Shown: in pieces, positions 10,272 through 20,884 of the stretch | How the letters are laid out: every line of letters starts with the position of its first letter | Numbering within the stretch: position 1 is the first letter of the stretch | Assembly (NCBI GenBank): GCA_038824035.1 | Contig: JAWBBW010000004.1 | Coordinates: 34,243 to 98,242 of the forward strand | DNA length: 64,000 bases | Direction: 5' to 3' | DNA from: Desulfurococcaceae archaeon | GTDB lineage: Archaea > Thermoproteota > Thermoprotei_A > Sulfolobales > Desulfurococcaceae | Position numbers and translations under genes: made by a program | Notes under the pieces: generated by a model | Seen by the model: only the letters and a program-made list of their open reading frames with translations | The model's database searches: none | Told to the model about the DNA's origin: nothing

Positions 10272-11243
10272 TTGGTGAATAAATCTATTGATGCATTAAT
10301 CGTAGGCGGTTTTGTGGTCGACAACATATTAGTGATAGAAAACATGCCGATCCCAGGGAAATGCCTATATGCACGTGATTTCAAAGTGCTGGTGGGTGGT
10401 TCAGCGAATTTTGCCATCACGGCTAGTAGGCTTGGGCTGAAAACTGCCTTGCTAGATGCCGTTGGACTCGATGACACGGGTAAAATGGCATTGAATATTC
10501 TCAGAGAGGAGAATGTCGATGTCTCGTTCACGATATCTAGGAATGGGTTAACGAAGCGGGTGCTTCTATTAATTACTATTAAAGGGGAGAGATCTTTTAT
10601 AAACCTAGTGAGGGGATCCGCCACTATATCACCCAATGACGTGGATGAAGAAGTGATCAAGAGAAGTAAGAGCATATATGTCACAGGGTTTAGCCTTGGA
10701 ATAGACGAGATTGCCTCATCAGAGGGCGAGGCCGTGTTAAAGGCTATTGAAACAGCGAATAAGCATGGCAAAATAGTCTTCTTCGACCCAGGCCCATTTG
10801 TGGGATCCATCGATCCTAAAACCCTGGATAAGGTTCTCGAGAGAACAGATATATTGTCCATGAACCTGCAGGAGGCAGTCATACTGGCCGGCGAGGATAG
10901 GCCAGAAGACATAGTAACTAGGTTACATGGAAAAGGACCTTGGGTCATTGCCGTGAAAATGGGCGAAAACGGGTGTTTTCTCTTAGTTAAGGGGAAATAT
11001 TATAGACAACCAAGTATAAAAGTCCCAGTTATAGATACCACAGGTGCTGGCGACGCATTTAACGCCGCTCTCCTATATGGCTTTCTCAGAGGGCTGAGCC
11101 CTTACATGGTGATTAAGTTAGCTAATATAGTGGGGGCGCTTGCCGCTACTAAGCTAGGGGCAGGGCAGAACCTTCCAAGAAAACAAGAGATCGTTAGTTT
11201 CCTGGAGAAATTGAATGAGGGTGAATTGCTAAGGACCCTTTAA
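10272..11243 (+). CDS. PfkB family carbohydrate kinase
   Basis: GGSANFA...RLG, VGLDDTG, DTTGAGDAFNA signature. Confidence 0.9.
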   Translation: MVNKSIDALIVGGFVVDNILVIENMPIPGKCLYARDFKVLVGGSANFAITASRLGLKTALLDAVGLDDTGKMALNILREENVDVSFTISRNGLTKRVLLLITIKGERSFINLVRGSATISPNDVDEEVIKRSKSIYVTGFSLGIDEIASSEGEAVLKAIETANKHGKIVFFDPGPFVGSIDPKTLDKVLERTDILSMNLQEAVILAGEDRPEDIVTRLHGKGPWVIAVKMGENGCFLLVKGKYYRQPSIKVPVIDTTGAGDAFNAALLYGFLRGLSPYMVIKLANIVGALAATKLGAGQNLPRKQEIVSFLEKLNEGELLRTL

Positions 11244-11305
11244 CTAAGTGAACCGGATATACAATGTTTATTATTTAATCCATAGAATATTTACTAGGTG
11301 ATGAG

Positions 11306-11803
11306 TTGGGTAAACAATGGATATTAATAGATTACTCGAAATGCAGTGGTTGTAGGCTATGCATGGTAATGTGTTCTCTGAGAAACGAGGGATTGATATG
11401 GCCTAGTGCATCCAGGATCCAGGTGTACGAACCCTATCCTGGTGCACCTGTCCCAGTTATATGTGTACAGTGTGATGATTATCCATGTGTTAATAATTGC
11501 CCTTATAGAGCTTTAAGTGTAAACGAATCCACGGGTGCTGTGAATGTAGATCCAAACAAGTGCACACTGTGTGGTATATGTAAGAGCGTGTGCCCAGCTG
11601 GGATTCCAAGGATACTTCCTGGCAAAAGCCATGTGATAATATGTGATCTATGTGGTGGACAACCAGAGTGCGTTAAAATATGTAATGAACTTGGATATGG
11701 GGCTTTGAAATTCGTTGAAAAACCAGATAATGGAGTTGTCAAGACATACCTAGTCAATCCATATGACTTATCCAGGATCATCTTTCAAAAATATACATCA
11801 TAG
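11306..11803 (+). CDS. 4x[4Fe-4S] polyferredoxin, small subunit of a WOR5-like oxidoreductase
   Basis: CSGCRLC..C, CVQCDDYPCVNNCP, CTLCGICKSVCP, CDLCGGQPECVKIC; directly upstream of an AOR-family gene. Confidence 0.88.
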   Translation: MGKQWILIDYSKCSGCRLCMVMCSLRNEGLIWPSASRIQVYEPYPGAPVPVICVQCDDYPCVNNCPYRALSVNESTGAVNVDPNKCTLCGICKSVCPAGIPRILPGKSHVIICDLCGGQPECVKICNELGYGALKFVEKPDNGVVKTYLVNPYDLSRIIFQKYTS

Positions 11804-11812
11804 GTGAGTTAA

Positions 11813-13648
11813 ATGTATGGTGTGAATGGCAAGATCTTGGAAGTGGAATTGGATAATGGCAAATACAAAGTAATAGACGTGGATGAGAAAATCTATAAAA
11901 TGTTCATAGGAGGAAGGGGCTTGGCCACTTATTATCTGGCTAAAAACTATGGAGAGATCTGGAAACACCTGGACCCCTTTTCACCGAGCAATCCATTAAT
12001 CATATCAACCGGCCCTCTCACGGGCTTTTACCCTGGACTCAAGCTTTCCATTACTGGTAAATCACCTCAATCACATGGAGTAATTGGATCAACCGTTTCC
12101 AGCGAGATCGCAATAGAGTTGAAGGCGGCTGGGTATGACGCATTGATTATAAAGGGCGCGTGTCATAGGCCATCATACCTCTATGTGGAAGATGGCAAAG
12201 TCGAGGTTAGAGAGGCCGATGAGCTGTGGGGTTTAACTGGGTTAAAGTTGATCGAGAAATTCTCGGAGATTGCTAGGAGAGAACATGGATTGGAAACCCC
12301 TCCGGGTTTGCTCTACATTGGCCCTGCTGGCGAGAACGTTGTGAGGACAGCTACAGTAATGGCTAAGTTGACGCATGCTGCCGGCTACGGGGGGTATGGC
12401 TCCTTAATGGGGGCCAAGAAATTGAAAGCCATAGCTGTCAAGGGATATGGGCCTTTTCCCAAAGCATTTGACCCCGCCAGGCTACGTGATATCCTGTACA
12501 AGACCCTGAACACTATATATGGTAAAATGAAAAGGTTTAGACAATGGGGTACAACTGAGGGCTTATGGCACTTTGGATACCACACGAGCAGTATACCGAT
12601 CAGGAATTGGCAGGAGGAATGGCATGATAACATGGAGTTATCGCCATTACAATTTGAGGCAAGGACCTGGATCAAGAATCCATGGTCGGAATATGCTTGC
12701 CCCGTTGGCTGTATGAAACTGAGCAAAATAAAAACCGGGGACAAAGTGTACATTACGGATGGGCCAGATTACGAAATGGGGGCTTATCTAGGCCCTAATC
12801 TAGGTGTCTTTAAACCCGAGGATATCGTTAAGCTAACTAGTTTAATGGACGAATTAGGATTGTGCGGCATTCAGACAGGCAATGTGATTGGCTTTGCCAT
12901 AGAGCTATATGAGAAAGGGGTTTTAAGCAAAGATGATATAGGTTACGAGCTTAAATGGGGGGATGTGAAGTCCATAGAGAGGCTCATATACGACATAGCA
13001 TATAGGAGAGGTATAGGCAATATACTGGCAGAAGGGATCTATCGTGCATGCAGAGAAATATCGCGCTTAAAGGATGTCGATGCATGTAAATATGCTGTTC
13101 ATGTAAAGGGCATAGGCATTGGGGCTCATGGAATAAGGAGTGGAAAAGATTATCCACAGCCAATATCTTATGCGGCCTCTGTTCAGGGAGGCGATCACAC
13201 GAGTGTGGCCGGGCTACCAGTCAAATCAACTGAATCCGAGGCATGGGCAGCTTTCATGGACAGTGCTGTTGTCTGCATGTTCTTGGCACAAGAGGATGAC
13301 TATATGTTGGAGTACCTTAACACCGTCACAGGCTGGGGATTCACCAAGGATGATCTATACAATGCTGGTATAAGGATATTGACATTACAGAGAATACTAT
13401 TGTTGATCGGAGGTCCTGACTTGAAATGGGATCCAATTATACATGATGAAAACCCGGAAAAGTTCTATGAACCATTGCCGAAAGGGCCGTTTAAGGGCTC
13501 GGCCGTTGATAAAACAAAGATGATTGAACAAAAGAAGCAATATTACAGTGAACTGGGATGGGATGAACGAGGTATTCCATTGCCAGAGACCATGGATAAA
13601 CTCGGCATAGGTGAGTTCAAACACTTGATCGAAAAAATAGTGAACTAG
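11813..13648 (+). CDS. Tungsten aldehyde:ferredoxin oxidoreductase family protein, WOR5-like
   Basis: GGRGLA, KSPQS, ELKAAGYD, IGPAGEN, MGAKKLKA, GPDYE, DELGLC. HAAGYGGYG, IRNWQEE and SVQGGDHTS recall Pyrococcus WOR5 (from memory). Confidence 0.88.
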   Translation: MYGVNGKILEVELDNGKYKVIDVDEKIYKMFIGGRGLATYYLAKNYGEIWKHLDPFSPSNPLIISTGPLTGFYPGLKLSITGKSPQSHGVIGSTVSSEIAIELKAAGYDALIIKGACHRPSYLYVEDGKVEVREADELWGLTGLKLIEKFSEIARREHGLETPPGLLYIGPAGENVVRTATVMAKLTHAAGYGGYGSLMGAKKLKAIAVKGYGPFPKAFDPARLRDILYKTLNTIYGKMKRFRQWGTTEGLWHFGYHTSSIPIRNWQEEWHDNMELSPLQFEARTWIKNPWSEYACPVGCMKLSKIKTGDKVYITDGPDYEMGAYLGPNLGVFKPEDIVKLTSLMDELGLCGIQTGNVIGFAIELYEKGVLSKDDIGYELKWGDVKSIERLIYDIAYRRGIGNILAEGIYRACREISRLKDVDACKYAVHVKGIGIGAHGIRSGKDYPQPISYAASVQGGDHTSVAGLPVKSTESEAWAAFMDSAVVCMFLAQEDDYMLEYLNTVTGWGFTKDDLYNAGIRILTLQRILLLIGGPDLKWDPIIHDENPEKFYEPLPKGPFKGSAVDKTKMIEQKKQYYSELGWDERGIPLPETMDKLGIGEFKHLIEKIVN

Positions 13649-13655
13649 GTTGTTT

Positions 13656-13943
13656 TTACTGAGCTTTCTCATTTCCATTTAATTCCACTATCTCCCATAT
13701 AACAATTCCATTGGGATCTGGACATTGAACAAGTCTTACCTTGGGTAACCAATCGTTCTCCTCCACAATGTTTCTCTGCTTAGCCGGAATCAATGGCAAC
13801 AAGCTCGCTAATGCATATATGCACACGTGTTTATTTCTCCCGGGGAAACTCAGTTTACCGCCATCTACTCTAAAACAATCCCCAACAACATGGTTATCGC
13901 ATTTGCCCTTGATCTCCTTAACTTTGATCAAGAGTGACCTCAC
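13656..13943 (-). CDS. Small Cys-containing protein, TIGR04076-like
   Basis: IKVKEIKGKC...GD.F, C.YALASLLP, QCPDP pattern. Confidence 0.65.
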   Translation of the reverse strand: MRSLLIKVKEIKGKCDNHVVGDCFRVDGGKLSFPGRNKHVCIYALASLLPLIPAKQRNIVEENDWLPKVRLVQCPDPNGIVIWEIVELNGNEKAQ

Positions 13944-14139
13944 TCAAAACACCTCGATCCAATTATTTAACATGAAATCATTAAAGTGAAGCAATTAATA
14001 TTAAGGTTACTTTATCTCGCCTTTAACTCATAACAACATAATTTATTCATGAACACTATCTCCTTGTTGCATGGAAAACGAAAAGCCTGACTTTATAGGC
14101 AGGTTTCATCAAATTCTATGCCCATGGTTGGAAATCTAT

Positions 14140-14859
14140 TTAACCCCTATATTTCCCTGTGAAAAACAGTTTTTCAATCATATCTGGAGAGGCCTCGTTC
14201 TTTGTATATGTTCCCACAATTTCCCCGCCAACGATCACGTATACCCTATCAGCGATTTCAAGGGCTTTCTTGATATTTTGTTCTGCAAATAACACACTTG
14301 TCCTCCTTGTCCTACTGATTTCAACGATCTTTTTAAACAATCCCGAGACCGCTTTAGGTGCTAGGCCACTTGTCGGCTCATCCAGGAGTAGCAAGCTTGG
14401 ATTACCCATGAGTGCTCTAGCTATGGCGAGCATTTGTCTTTCACCACCACTAAGGGTTTTCGCTCTTTGTTTAAGACATCTCCTCAATTCGGGGAATAAT
14501 TCCAATATTTCATTTATTACATTGTTATATATCTCCTTACGATCACGTTTAACATAACAACCTAATAATAAGTTCTCCTCGACAGTTAGATTAGGAAAAA
14601 CATTGTCATTCTGTGGAACTAGTTGTATACCTAGTTTCACTATTTCATAGGGCTTGAGGTGATTAAGCACTATATCACCGAATTTCACTACTCCGTGGAA
14701 AATACTAGTCAAGTTCAACACTGTGTTTAAAAGCGTGGATTTTCCAGCACCATTAGGCCCGAGGATCGCCACGATCTCTCCTTTATTCACATCTATGTTT
14801 ATGTTCCTTATCACTGGTATTCTATTATATCCAGCTATCAATTCCCGGATAATTAACAA
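14140..14859 (-). CDS. ABC transporter ATP-binding protein (LivF-like)
   Basis: GPNGAGKST, LSGGERQMLAIARALM, LLLDEP. Confidence 0.9.
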   Translation of the reverse strand: MLIIRELIAGYNRIPVIRNINIDVNKGEIVAILGPNGAGKSTLLNTVLNLTSIFHGVVKFGDIVLNHLKPYEIVKLGIQLVPQNDNVFPNLTVEENLLLGCYVKRDRKEIYNNVINEILELFPELRRCLKQRAKTLSGGERQMLAIARALMGNPSLLLLDEPTSGLAPKAVSGLFKKIVEISRTRRTSVLFAEQNIKKALEIADRVYVIVGGEIVGTYTKNEASPDMIEKLFFTGKYRG

Positions 14860-14862
14860 CCC

Positions 14863-15642
14863 TCATTCACCTATGTATGCCCTCACGACTTTAAAGTCAT
14901 TGATGATTTCACTAGGAGTGCCCGATGCCAGTAAAAAACCGTTATGCAGGACATATACAAAATCCGCGATCTCCATTAAAAGATCTATGCGATGCTCCAC
15001 TATGAGGAATGTGAGGCCATGGTTTTTGTTTAATTCCCTTATTAGCCTAAGCAAGGATCGTGCAACGTGGAGATCCAGACCTGCCAAGGGCTCGTCGAGA
15101 AGATAGAGACGGGCAGGGGTCATAAGTCCCCTAAGTGTCTCAATGAGCTTAATATCACCTATTGAGAGCTCAGAGGGGTATTTGGAAGCTATATCAAGCC
15201 TATTAAACGTCTTCAATAGGTTTACGGCCCTGTGGACTAGTTCCTCCTCTTCTCTAAGCCATTTACTTCTTCTAAGAGAGTTAACAACGCTCTCACCTCG
15301 CTGGTTTAATGGCGTTATTAACAGGTTTTCAAGGACCGTTAGACTTGGGAAAAGCCGTGGTATTTGAAAAGTCCTAATTACTCCCATTTTAAATACCTCA
15401 TGAGGGTTTAGACCAGTGATGTCCACGAAATTGCCACTAAGTGTTTTATACATGATTTTACCCTCGTCTGGTGGATAAAAACCAGTTATTACGTTGAATA
15501 AAGTGGTTTTACCGGAACCATTAGGTCCTATTAACCCAACAATGCATTTCTCCGGGATCTCGATGGTCACTTTGTTCAATGCCTTTAATCCTCCAAAATA
15601 CTTGGAAACATTGTTAATCACTAGTATTGCCTCCTCTTCCAT
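14863..15642 (-). CDS. ABC transporter ATP-binding protein (LivG-like)
   Basis: FGGLKAL, GPNGSGKTT, RTFQ, LLDEP, VEH. Confidence 0.9.
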   Translation of the reverse strand: MEEEAILVINNVSKYFGGLKALNKVTIEIPEKCIVGLIGPNGSGKTTLFNVITGFYPPDEGKIMYKTLSGNFVDITGLNPHEVFKMGVIRTFQIPRLFPSLTVLENLLITPLNQRGESVVNSLRRSKWLREEEELVHRAVNLLKTFNRLDIASKYPSELSIGDIKLIETLRGLMTPARLYLLDEPLAGLDLHVARSLLRLIRELNKNHGLTFLIVEHRIDLLMEIADFVYVLHNGFLLASGTPSEIINDFKVVRAYIGE

Positions 15643-15651
15643 TCACCTCAC

Positions 15652-16671
15652 CTATCCCCTTAAGTGTTTTCTCAAAAAACCCATTGTGATCTTGGGTGGT
15701 TTCTCCGAGATCAATCCTCTGGGTTTTTTCACCAATATAGCTATCATGATACAACCTATGAAGATGGGCCTCAAGTAATCAGCACTGAATAACACACCTC
15801 CAATAACCGGTGTCGCATATTGTAACAACCTGTCCACCAGTGATAATAAAGCAGCCCCGAGCATAGCTCCCATAGGGCTTGACCAGCCGCCAATAATGAT
15901 CATAGCCCATACATTGAATGTTACAAGCACAACGAACATCTGGGGATTCACAGATCCTATGTAACATGCATAGAGAGCGCCAGCTACCCCTGATAAACCG
16001 GATGTTAGGAAAAACACACTCGATTTAATACGCGGGACATCTTTGCCGAGGAAAAGTGCCGCAACATCGTCATCTCTAATAGCTCGAAGAACCCTGCCCA
16101 GAGGTGATTCATAGATCCTGGATACCAATATATATGTTAATAAAAATATGGAGAAGGTCACGGCTAAATAGCAAAGAGCGCTTAACACGGGGTTTCTAAG
16201 CCATGTGAATGGTTGAGGTATGCCGAACATGCCATAGGTTCCACCTAGAAAAGGCATATTCATGTAAATGGCCCTGAGGATCTCTCCAACGCTGAGCAAT
16301 GTGAACCCTACAAAACCCACTCCAACTCTTATCACCGGGTATATCAATAACCTTCCAAATAGACCTGTAATCACAAATGATATGGTCAATGACATGAAGA
16401 AAATCGTCATTACAATAATTGGCTCGGAAGCGGCGATCTTAGAGAGCACTGTAACACCCTGAGCCGTGAATGGAGTATATGTGTTTATATCGTAACCTAG
16501 TAGTGCGAGTAATATGTAAGTGTTTACAACTGCACCGATATATGCCCCCAGGCCAAAAAATGCTACTTTGCCAAAATTCGTTATACCACTGATGCCGGAT
16601 TCCAACACAAGCGTGATCGCCAGTATTGCGTAGATCGCGAAATACGTGAGCCAATGTATTGCAAAGTTCAA
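15652..16671 (-). CDS. Branched-chain amino acid type ABC permease (LivM-like)
   Basis: NFGKVAFFGLGAY, SPLGRVLRAIRDD, multiple TM helices. Confidence 0.88.
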   Translation of the reverse strand: MNFAIHWLTYFAIYAILAITLVLESGISGITNFGKVAFFGLGAYIGAVVNTYILLALLGYDINTYTPFTAQGVTVLSKIAASEPIIVMTIFFMSLTISFVITGLFGRLLIYPVIRVGVGFVGFTLLSVGEILRAIYMNMPFLGGTYGMFGIPQPFTWLRNPVLSALCYLAVTFSIFLLTYILVSRIYESPLGRVLRAIRDDDVAALFLGKDVPRIKSSVFFLTSGLSGVAGALYACYIGSVNPQMFVVLVTFNVWAMIIIGGWSSPMGAMLGAALLSLVDRLLQYATPVIGGVLFSADYLRPIFIGCIMIAILVKKPRGLISEKPPKITMGFLRKHLRG

Positions 16672-16679
16672 TATGTCTA

Positions 16680-17660
16680 TCAGGGCTTAGCCACCTCCCT
16701 GCTAATCCTTATTCTAAACCTATACGGTAATCCACCCCCTGCACCAAGTGGAGGTCTGATAACCAGGATTGTGAACACAACTCCGAACACTATGGCGAGT
16801 CTTATGGTGGGTTGTAATCCGAGGTGATAACTCAAAAAGAGGAATACGATGTTCTCGGTTAAGGCAAGTGCAGCTGAGGCTAAAGCCGTTACTAGGAGCG
16901 AGGAAAGCCCTCCTATGAACGATGCGGCGAAATTTATTACCACAATGTGAAGGCCTATTTCCGGTGTAGTGGAGCCGGAGAAATTAACCCATAAAATACC
17001 ACTAAATGCCGTGATCCCGCCTGTTAGAAACCATGTCAATGCTATGAGCTTATCGCGAGGTATACCACAGAGAGTTGCGAGAATTTGGTTATCGGCTATG
17101 CCTCTCATAGCAAATCCTACCATGGTTTTATTTAGAAGAACATGTATAGATAGGATCACCAGTAATCCCAATGCTGTCGAGGTTATGATGTATTGTGGCA
17201 GAGTGTTTAACCCTAATGCTCTCTGAATATATAAGATATCAACGTACTCCACAGTTGGATAAGAAAGGAAACTTGCTCCGCGAAGTTTCATGAGTACTTG
17301 GCAAATAATGTAAAGCGCGTACTGATACACGAACCACGCGCCCATCGTGGCGATCATGTGTACGTTGGGGCTTGCACCTCGTTGATGCAGCGGCCTAATG
17401 ATCAACAGATAGTTGATAACACCTATGAGACCACCAGCTATGAACGAGAACAATGCCGCGATGGAAAGAGGTGTGTTTTTATCTAAAAATTCGTTTAAAA
17501 ATATGGCAATATATGCCCCATAGGTTATGAAAACGGGGTGTGCGAAATTAAATACCTTCGTAGTCCTATATGAAAGGGTTAAAGGAATACTGGACAGGAT
17601 ATATATCCATGAAAAAACATATGAACATATAAGTGCTCTAGCGATCTCCACGATCTCCAC
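16680..17660 (-). CDS. Branched-chain amino acid type ABC permease (LivH-like)
   Basis: VFNFAH, KTMVGFAMRGIADN, multiple TM helices. Confidence 0.86.
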   Translation of the reverse strand: MEIVEIARALICSYVFSWIYILSSIPLTLSYRTTKVFNFAHPVFITYGAYIAIFLNEFLDKNTPLSIAALFSFIAGGLIGVINYLLIIRPLHQRGASPNVHMIATMGAWFVYQYALYIICQVLMKLRGASFLSYPTVEYVDILYIQRALGLNTLPQYIITSTALGLLVILSIHVLLNKTMVGFAMRGIADNQILATLCGIPRDKLIALTWFLTGGITAFSGILWVNFSGSTTPEIGLHIVVINFAASFIGGLSSLLVTALASAALALTENIVFLFLSYHLGLQPTIRLAIVFGVVFTILVIRPPLGAGGGLPYRFRIRISREVAKP

Positions 17661-17675
17661 CCCTTATCGACATTT

Positions 17676-18932
17676 TCACGACTCCATCACTATTGTTGAA
17701 TCAGAGATATAGCCTATGTCAACGTATTGTGGCGTCCCATCCACCATAGTCAATGTCCACAGCTTGAAAGCTGCTTGAACTCTGTCTCCATTTTCATCAA
17801 GCAACCCCCATCCACCTGGTCCGTAATAGGTTTTAGCCACCTGTACTATGGCTTCGCGTAATTCATCCGGGTCTGTTGATCCACCAGTTCTCAAGACAGC
17901 TAAACCCGCTATCATCACCGCATCATACACGTTTTCACTGCAATGCGTTGGCATACCGCCATAGTTTTTCAGCCTATCGACAAACTCGTCATATAATGGA
18001 TTAACCAGGGGTGCAGGCCTTATGCCAATCATTTTCACTTGTTGTGCAAATTCAATGATTTTTGGCACAAGGACCTCTGAAGCCCCGTAGAAACTCTCGA
18101 CAACGAGCCATCTTGTAGCCCTTAGAACCGGCTCTTCTGCCGCATGGCTTAAAATATTCGCGCCGTCTGTTCCATAACCACAGTATAGTATTGCATCAGG
18201 TGTCGATGCCCTGGTGAATGAGGCTAATGTTGCCACGTCTGTTCCATAATCAGCTTGTCCAGGCGAATAGACGATCTCATGTATGACTCGTCCACCTCTT
18301 TTTTCAAAAGAATCCTTGAAGTATTTTGAGAAGACATTGCAGAACTCGTCATCTATGTGGAACGAGATAATACTCCTTATATTCTCCCTAATAGCCAACA
18401 TAGCGAGAGCCTCGCTTTCTGCAATAGCGCTTGGTTGCGTCCTGAAAATGTAATCGCCTGGTATGGCTAATGTGGGCGAGTTGGAACAAGGGGCTATGAC
18501 GATGAATTTGTTTGCATCCGAGAACGCCTTTAAGGCCTTGACTTGACTACTGAGCGGGGGCCCTATCATGATCCTGATACCAGCTGCGTGGAAGGTCTGG
18601 GCGTTTTTGAGGGCTTCCTCGGGGCTACCTTTATCATCCAATATATAAGGCTCAAACACTAGGTTCAATCCCATGGACCTTGATATATTGTTTAAATCAT
18701 CTATAGCCATCCTGACAACGGGTTCCCATTGAACACATATCGAGGATATTGGACCGGATAACGCTATTGATACGCCTAGTACATATTTACGCTGAGCTGG
18801 CGTTATCGTAGCCTGGATCGCCGGGATGGTGCTCTGACCCATGTAATAGCCTATGGCATATCCAACGACAACCCCGATCAACAGGGTTATAATTATGATC
18901 ATGATTAGTCTAGGATTCACGGACAACCGCAT
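17676..18932 (-). CDS. ABC substrate-binding protein (LivJ/LivK-like, N-terminal membrane anchor)
   Basis: N-terminal TM; LGVSIALSGP, DDKGSPEEA, YIFRTQPS, YDAVMI. ATG 18932 follows GAGGT (ORF track start 18941). Confidence 0.85.
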   Translation of the reverse strand: MRLSVNPRLIMIIIITLLIGVVVGYAIGYYMGQSTIPAIQATITPAQRKYVLGVSIALSGPISSICVQWEPVVRMAIDDLNNISRSMGLNLVFEPYILDDKGSPEEALKNAQTFHAAGIRIMIGPPLSSQVKALKAFSDANKFIVIAPCSNSPTLAIPGDYIFRTQPSAIAESEALAMLAIRENIRSIISFHIDDEFCNVFSKYFKDSFEKRGGRVIHEIVYSPGQADYGTDVATLASFTRASTPDAILYCGYGTDGANILSHAAEEPVLRATRWLVVESFYGASEVLVPKIIEFAQQVKMIGIRPAPLVNPLYDEFVDRLKNYGGMPTHCSENVYDAVMIAGLAVLRTGGSTDPDELREAIVQVAKTYYGPGGWGLLDENGDRVQAAFKLWTLTMVDGTPQYVDIGYISDSTIVMES

Positions 18933-18937
18933 ATACC

Positions 18938-20884
18938 TCACCTCGCCTCGTTGAAGGGATTACCAGTGATCTCGAAAACTTGCATTGATTTATCACCGCT
19001 ATATAGATCTTTGATGACGTTATAGAGCCCTAGTTTCTTCAGTTTCCCAATAGTTGGTAGACCCGTCTCCCCATCCCATTCACGTACCTCGTAATACTCC
19101 TTCAGCATTACTTCAAGTTCCACCACATGACCAGCTGAAGGTCCTTTTCTTAATGGTTCTCTGAGAAACCTGGATGGAAGTGTGTCATGGGCCTTGTTAA
19201 AGCCTTCCCTGGCATTATATGCTCTTTCGAGGTTAACTATCCTTTCCCCGATCTCCTCTACATTGGATGGGGAAAGCTCTAATCCCGTGACAGACTCTAT
19301 TAATCTTGCAATTTTCTTGTAGTCAAGGATATTCATGTTCTCCGCGAGGTTTTTACATACACCAAGAGAATCCACGAGTGCACATATATTCTCATAATAT
19401 GCCACCAACTTGCCCTTACCCTTAACGCCAAGTCTTAGCGTGGCTTCCGGTTCTCCAAACATCTTGATCCCTAGCTCGACATTATCACTTAATTCTATAA
19501 ATGGCTCTGATCTCAGATGATCAGCACCTCTCGAAGAAACCGCAAATCCTAATCCATACCCCTTTAAACCCCTTGGATCAGCTTGTATCATCTCGAGTTT
19601 TTTAACGTGAAACGCCAATTCATGTCCTTTACCCAGTTTATCAGCTGCATTTACAACCCCGTCTGCTAATATATTGCCAAAGCCCCTCCTGTAGGCTATG
19701 TCCTCTATCAGCTTGAACACCGTGTCCATGTTTCCCCATTCTAGCTCGATGCCGCCTGTCTCATCTTTTGTCAATAACCCATTCGAATATAGCTCCATGG
19801 CCCACGATATCACCTCGCTTGTCGAGATAACATCGAGCCCGAGATCATTGATTAAATCAATGGCTTTCAATGCCCTGTCTAGATCGCTGTTTCCAATCCT
19901 CACAGTCATACCAGCCAATGCCTCGTATTCGGGCCCCTCACTTAGTAGCATATCATTCACCTTTTTCACCACGAAAACCCTACTACATGGAACTATGCAT
20001 GAGAAACAAGCCCTATTCTTGACGTTGTATTTCAATGCCAATTTCTCGCCACTGATTTCGAAAGCATATGGCACAACCGGCTCTGTGAAATGTTTACCCG
20101 GTAATATCCCAATTTTATTCGCTGCCATTAATATCCTCGAAGTACCCATGATCCTCCTAGGCCAATATTGATCGTGTGTATATACCTCAATTTCTATTTC
20201 CTCGACAATTTTCTCAAATAACTCTGGTTTCGCCACCTCCACATATCCATCACCTCTCACGACAATGGCCTTGAGGCTTTTAGACGCCATTAATGTTCCT
20301 AGACCCGTCCTGGCCGCTGGCCTTATCCTATTGAAGAATATGCCAGAGAACTTGACCATGTTCTCGGCCGCTGGACCTATTAACGCTATCTGGACACCTG
20401 GATCCCCTATTTCTCTTCTCAACGCGTCATACGCCTTTGATATGGGCATACCCCATATGCCACTTGCATCCCTGATCTCGACTACGTTATTGCTTATGTA
20501 CAGGTAAACTGGGCGAGGACTCCGTCCCTCCAAGATCACTTGATCAAAGCCGGCGTACTTGAGTTCTGCAGCGAAATGCCCGCCCACATTGGAGTCCCCT
20601 AGTATTCCTGTCTGAGGGGACTTGGCCGTGACATTTAACCTTGACCCAAGTGGGAAACCCGTCCCAGCAATGGGCCCCGTAGCGATCATCAGTTTATTCG
20701 CCAGTGACAGGGGATCTACGCCTGGGCCTACTTCGTGATATAGTTTAGCGACATTAAATCCTCTTCCACCTAGGAACATCTTGGCAAATTCGCTGTCCAC
20801 TCCCTCTTCTCTGATCTCCCCGCTCGTTAGATTTATTCTCAATATCTTACCAGCATATCCAAATAACTTACTCGATCCCGACAT
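18938..20884 (-). CDS. Tungsten aldehyde:ferredoxin oxidoreductase family protein
   Basis: GYAGKILRINL, KSPQTG, ELKYAGFD, CFSCIVPC, EGPEYE, DLGLD, RGADH, DSLGVC. Confidence 0.92.
   Translation of the reverse strand: MSGSSKLFGYAGKILRINLTSGEIREEGVDSEFAKMFLGGRGFNVAKLYHEVGPGVDPLSLANKLMIATGPIAGTGFPLGSRLNVTAKSPQTGILGDSNVGGHFAAELKYAGFDQVILEGRSPRPVYLYISNNVVEIRDASGIWGMPISKAYDALRREIGDPGVQIALIGPAAENMVKFSGIFFNRIRPAARTGLGTLMASKSLKAIVVRGDGYVEVAKPELFEKIVEEIEIEVYTHDQYWPRRIMGTSRILMAANKIGILPGKHFTEPVVPYAFEISGEKLALKYNVKNRACFSCIVPCSRVFVVKKVNDMLLSEGPEYEALAGMTVRIGNSDLDRALKAIDLINDLGLDVISTSEVISWAMELYSNGLLTKDETGGIELEWGNMDTVFKLIEDIAYRRGFGNILADGVVNAADKLGKGHELAFHVKKLEMIQADPRGLKGYGLGFAVSSRGADHLRSEPFIELSDNVELGIKMFGEPEATLRLGVKGKGKLVAYYENICALVDSLGVCKNLAENMNILDYKKIARLIESVTGLELSPSNVEEIGERIVNLERAYNAREGFNKAHDTLPSRFLREPLRKGPSAGHVVELEVMLKEYYEVREWDGETGLPTIGKLKKLGLYNVIKDLYSGDKSMQVFEITGNPFNEAR

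Noticed and set aside
10217-10948. 243-aa minus-strand ORF and the many other antisense ORFs in the track (e.g. 44580-45239, 42147-42752)
   Set aside because: They lie opposite well-supported genes, are Ser/Ile-rich and show no motifs; treated as shadow ORFs.
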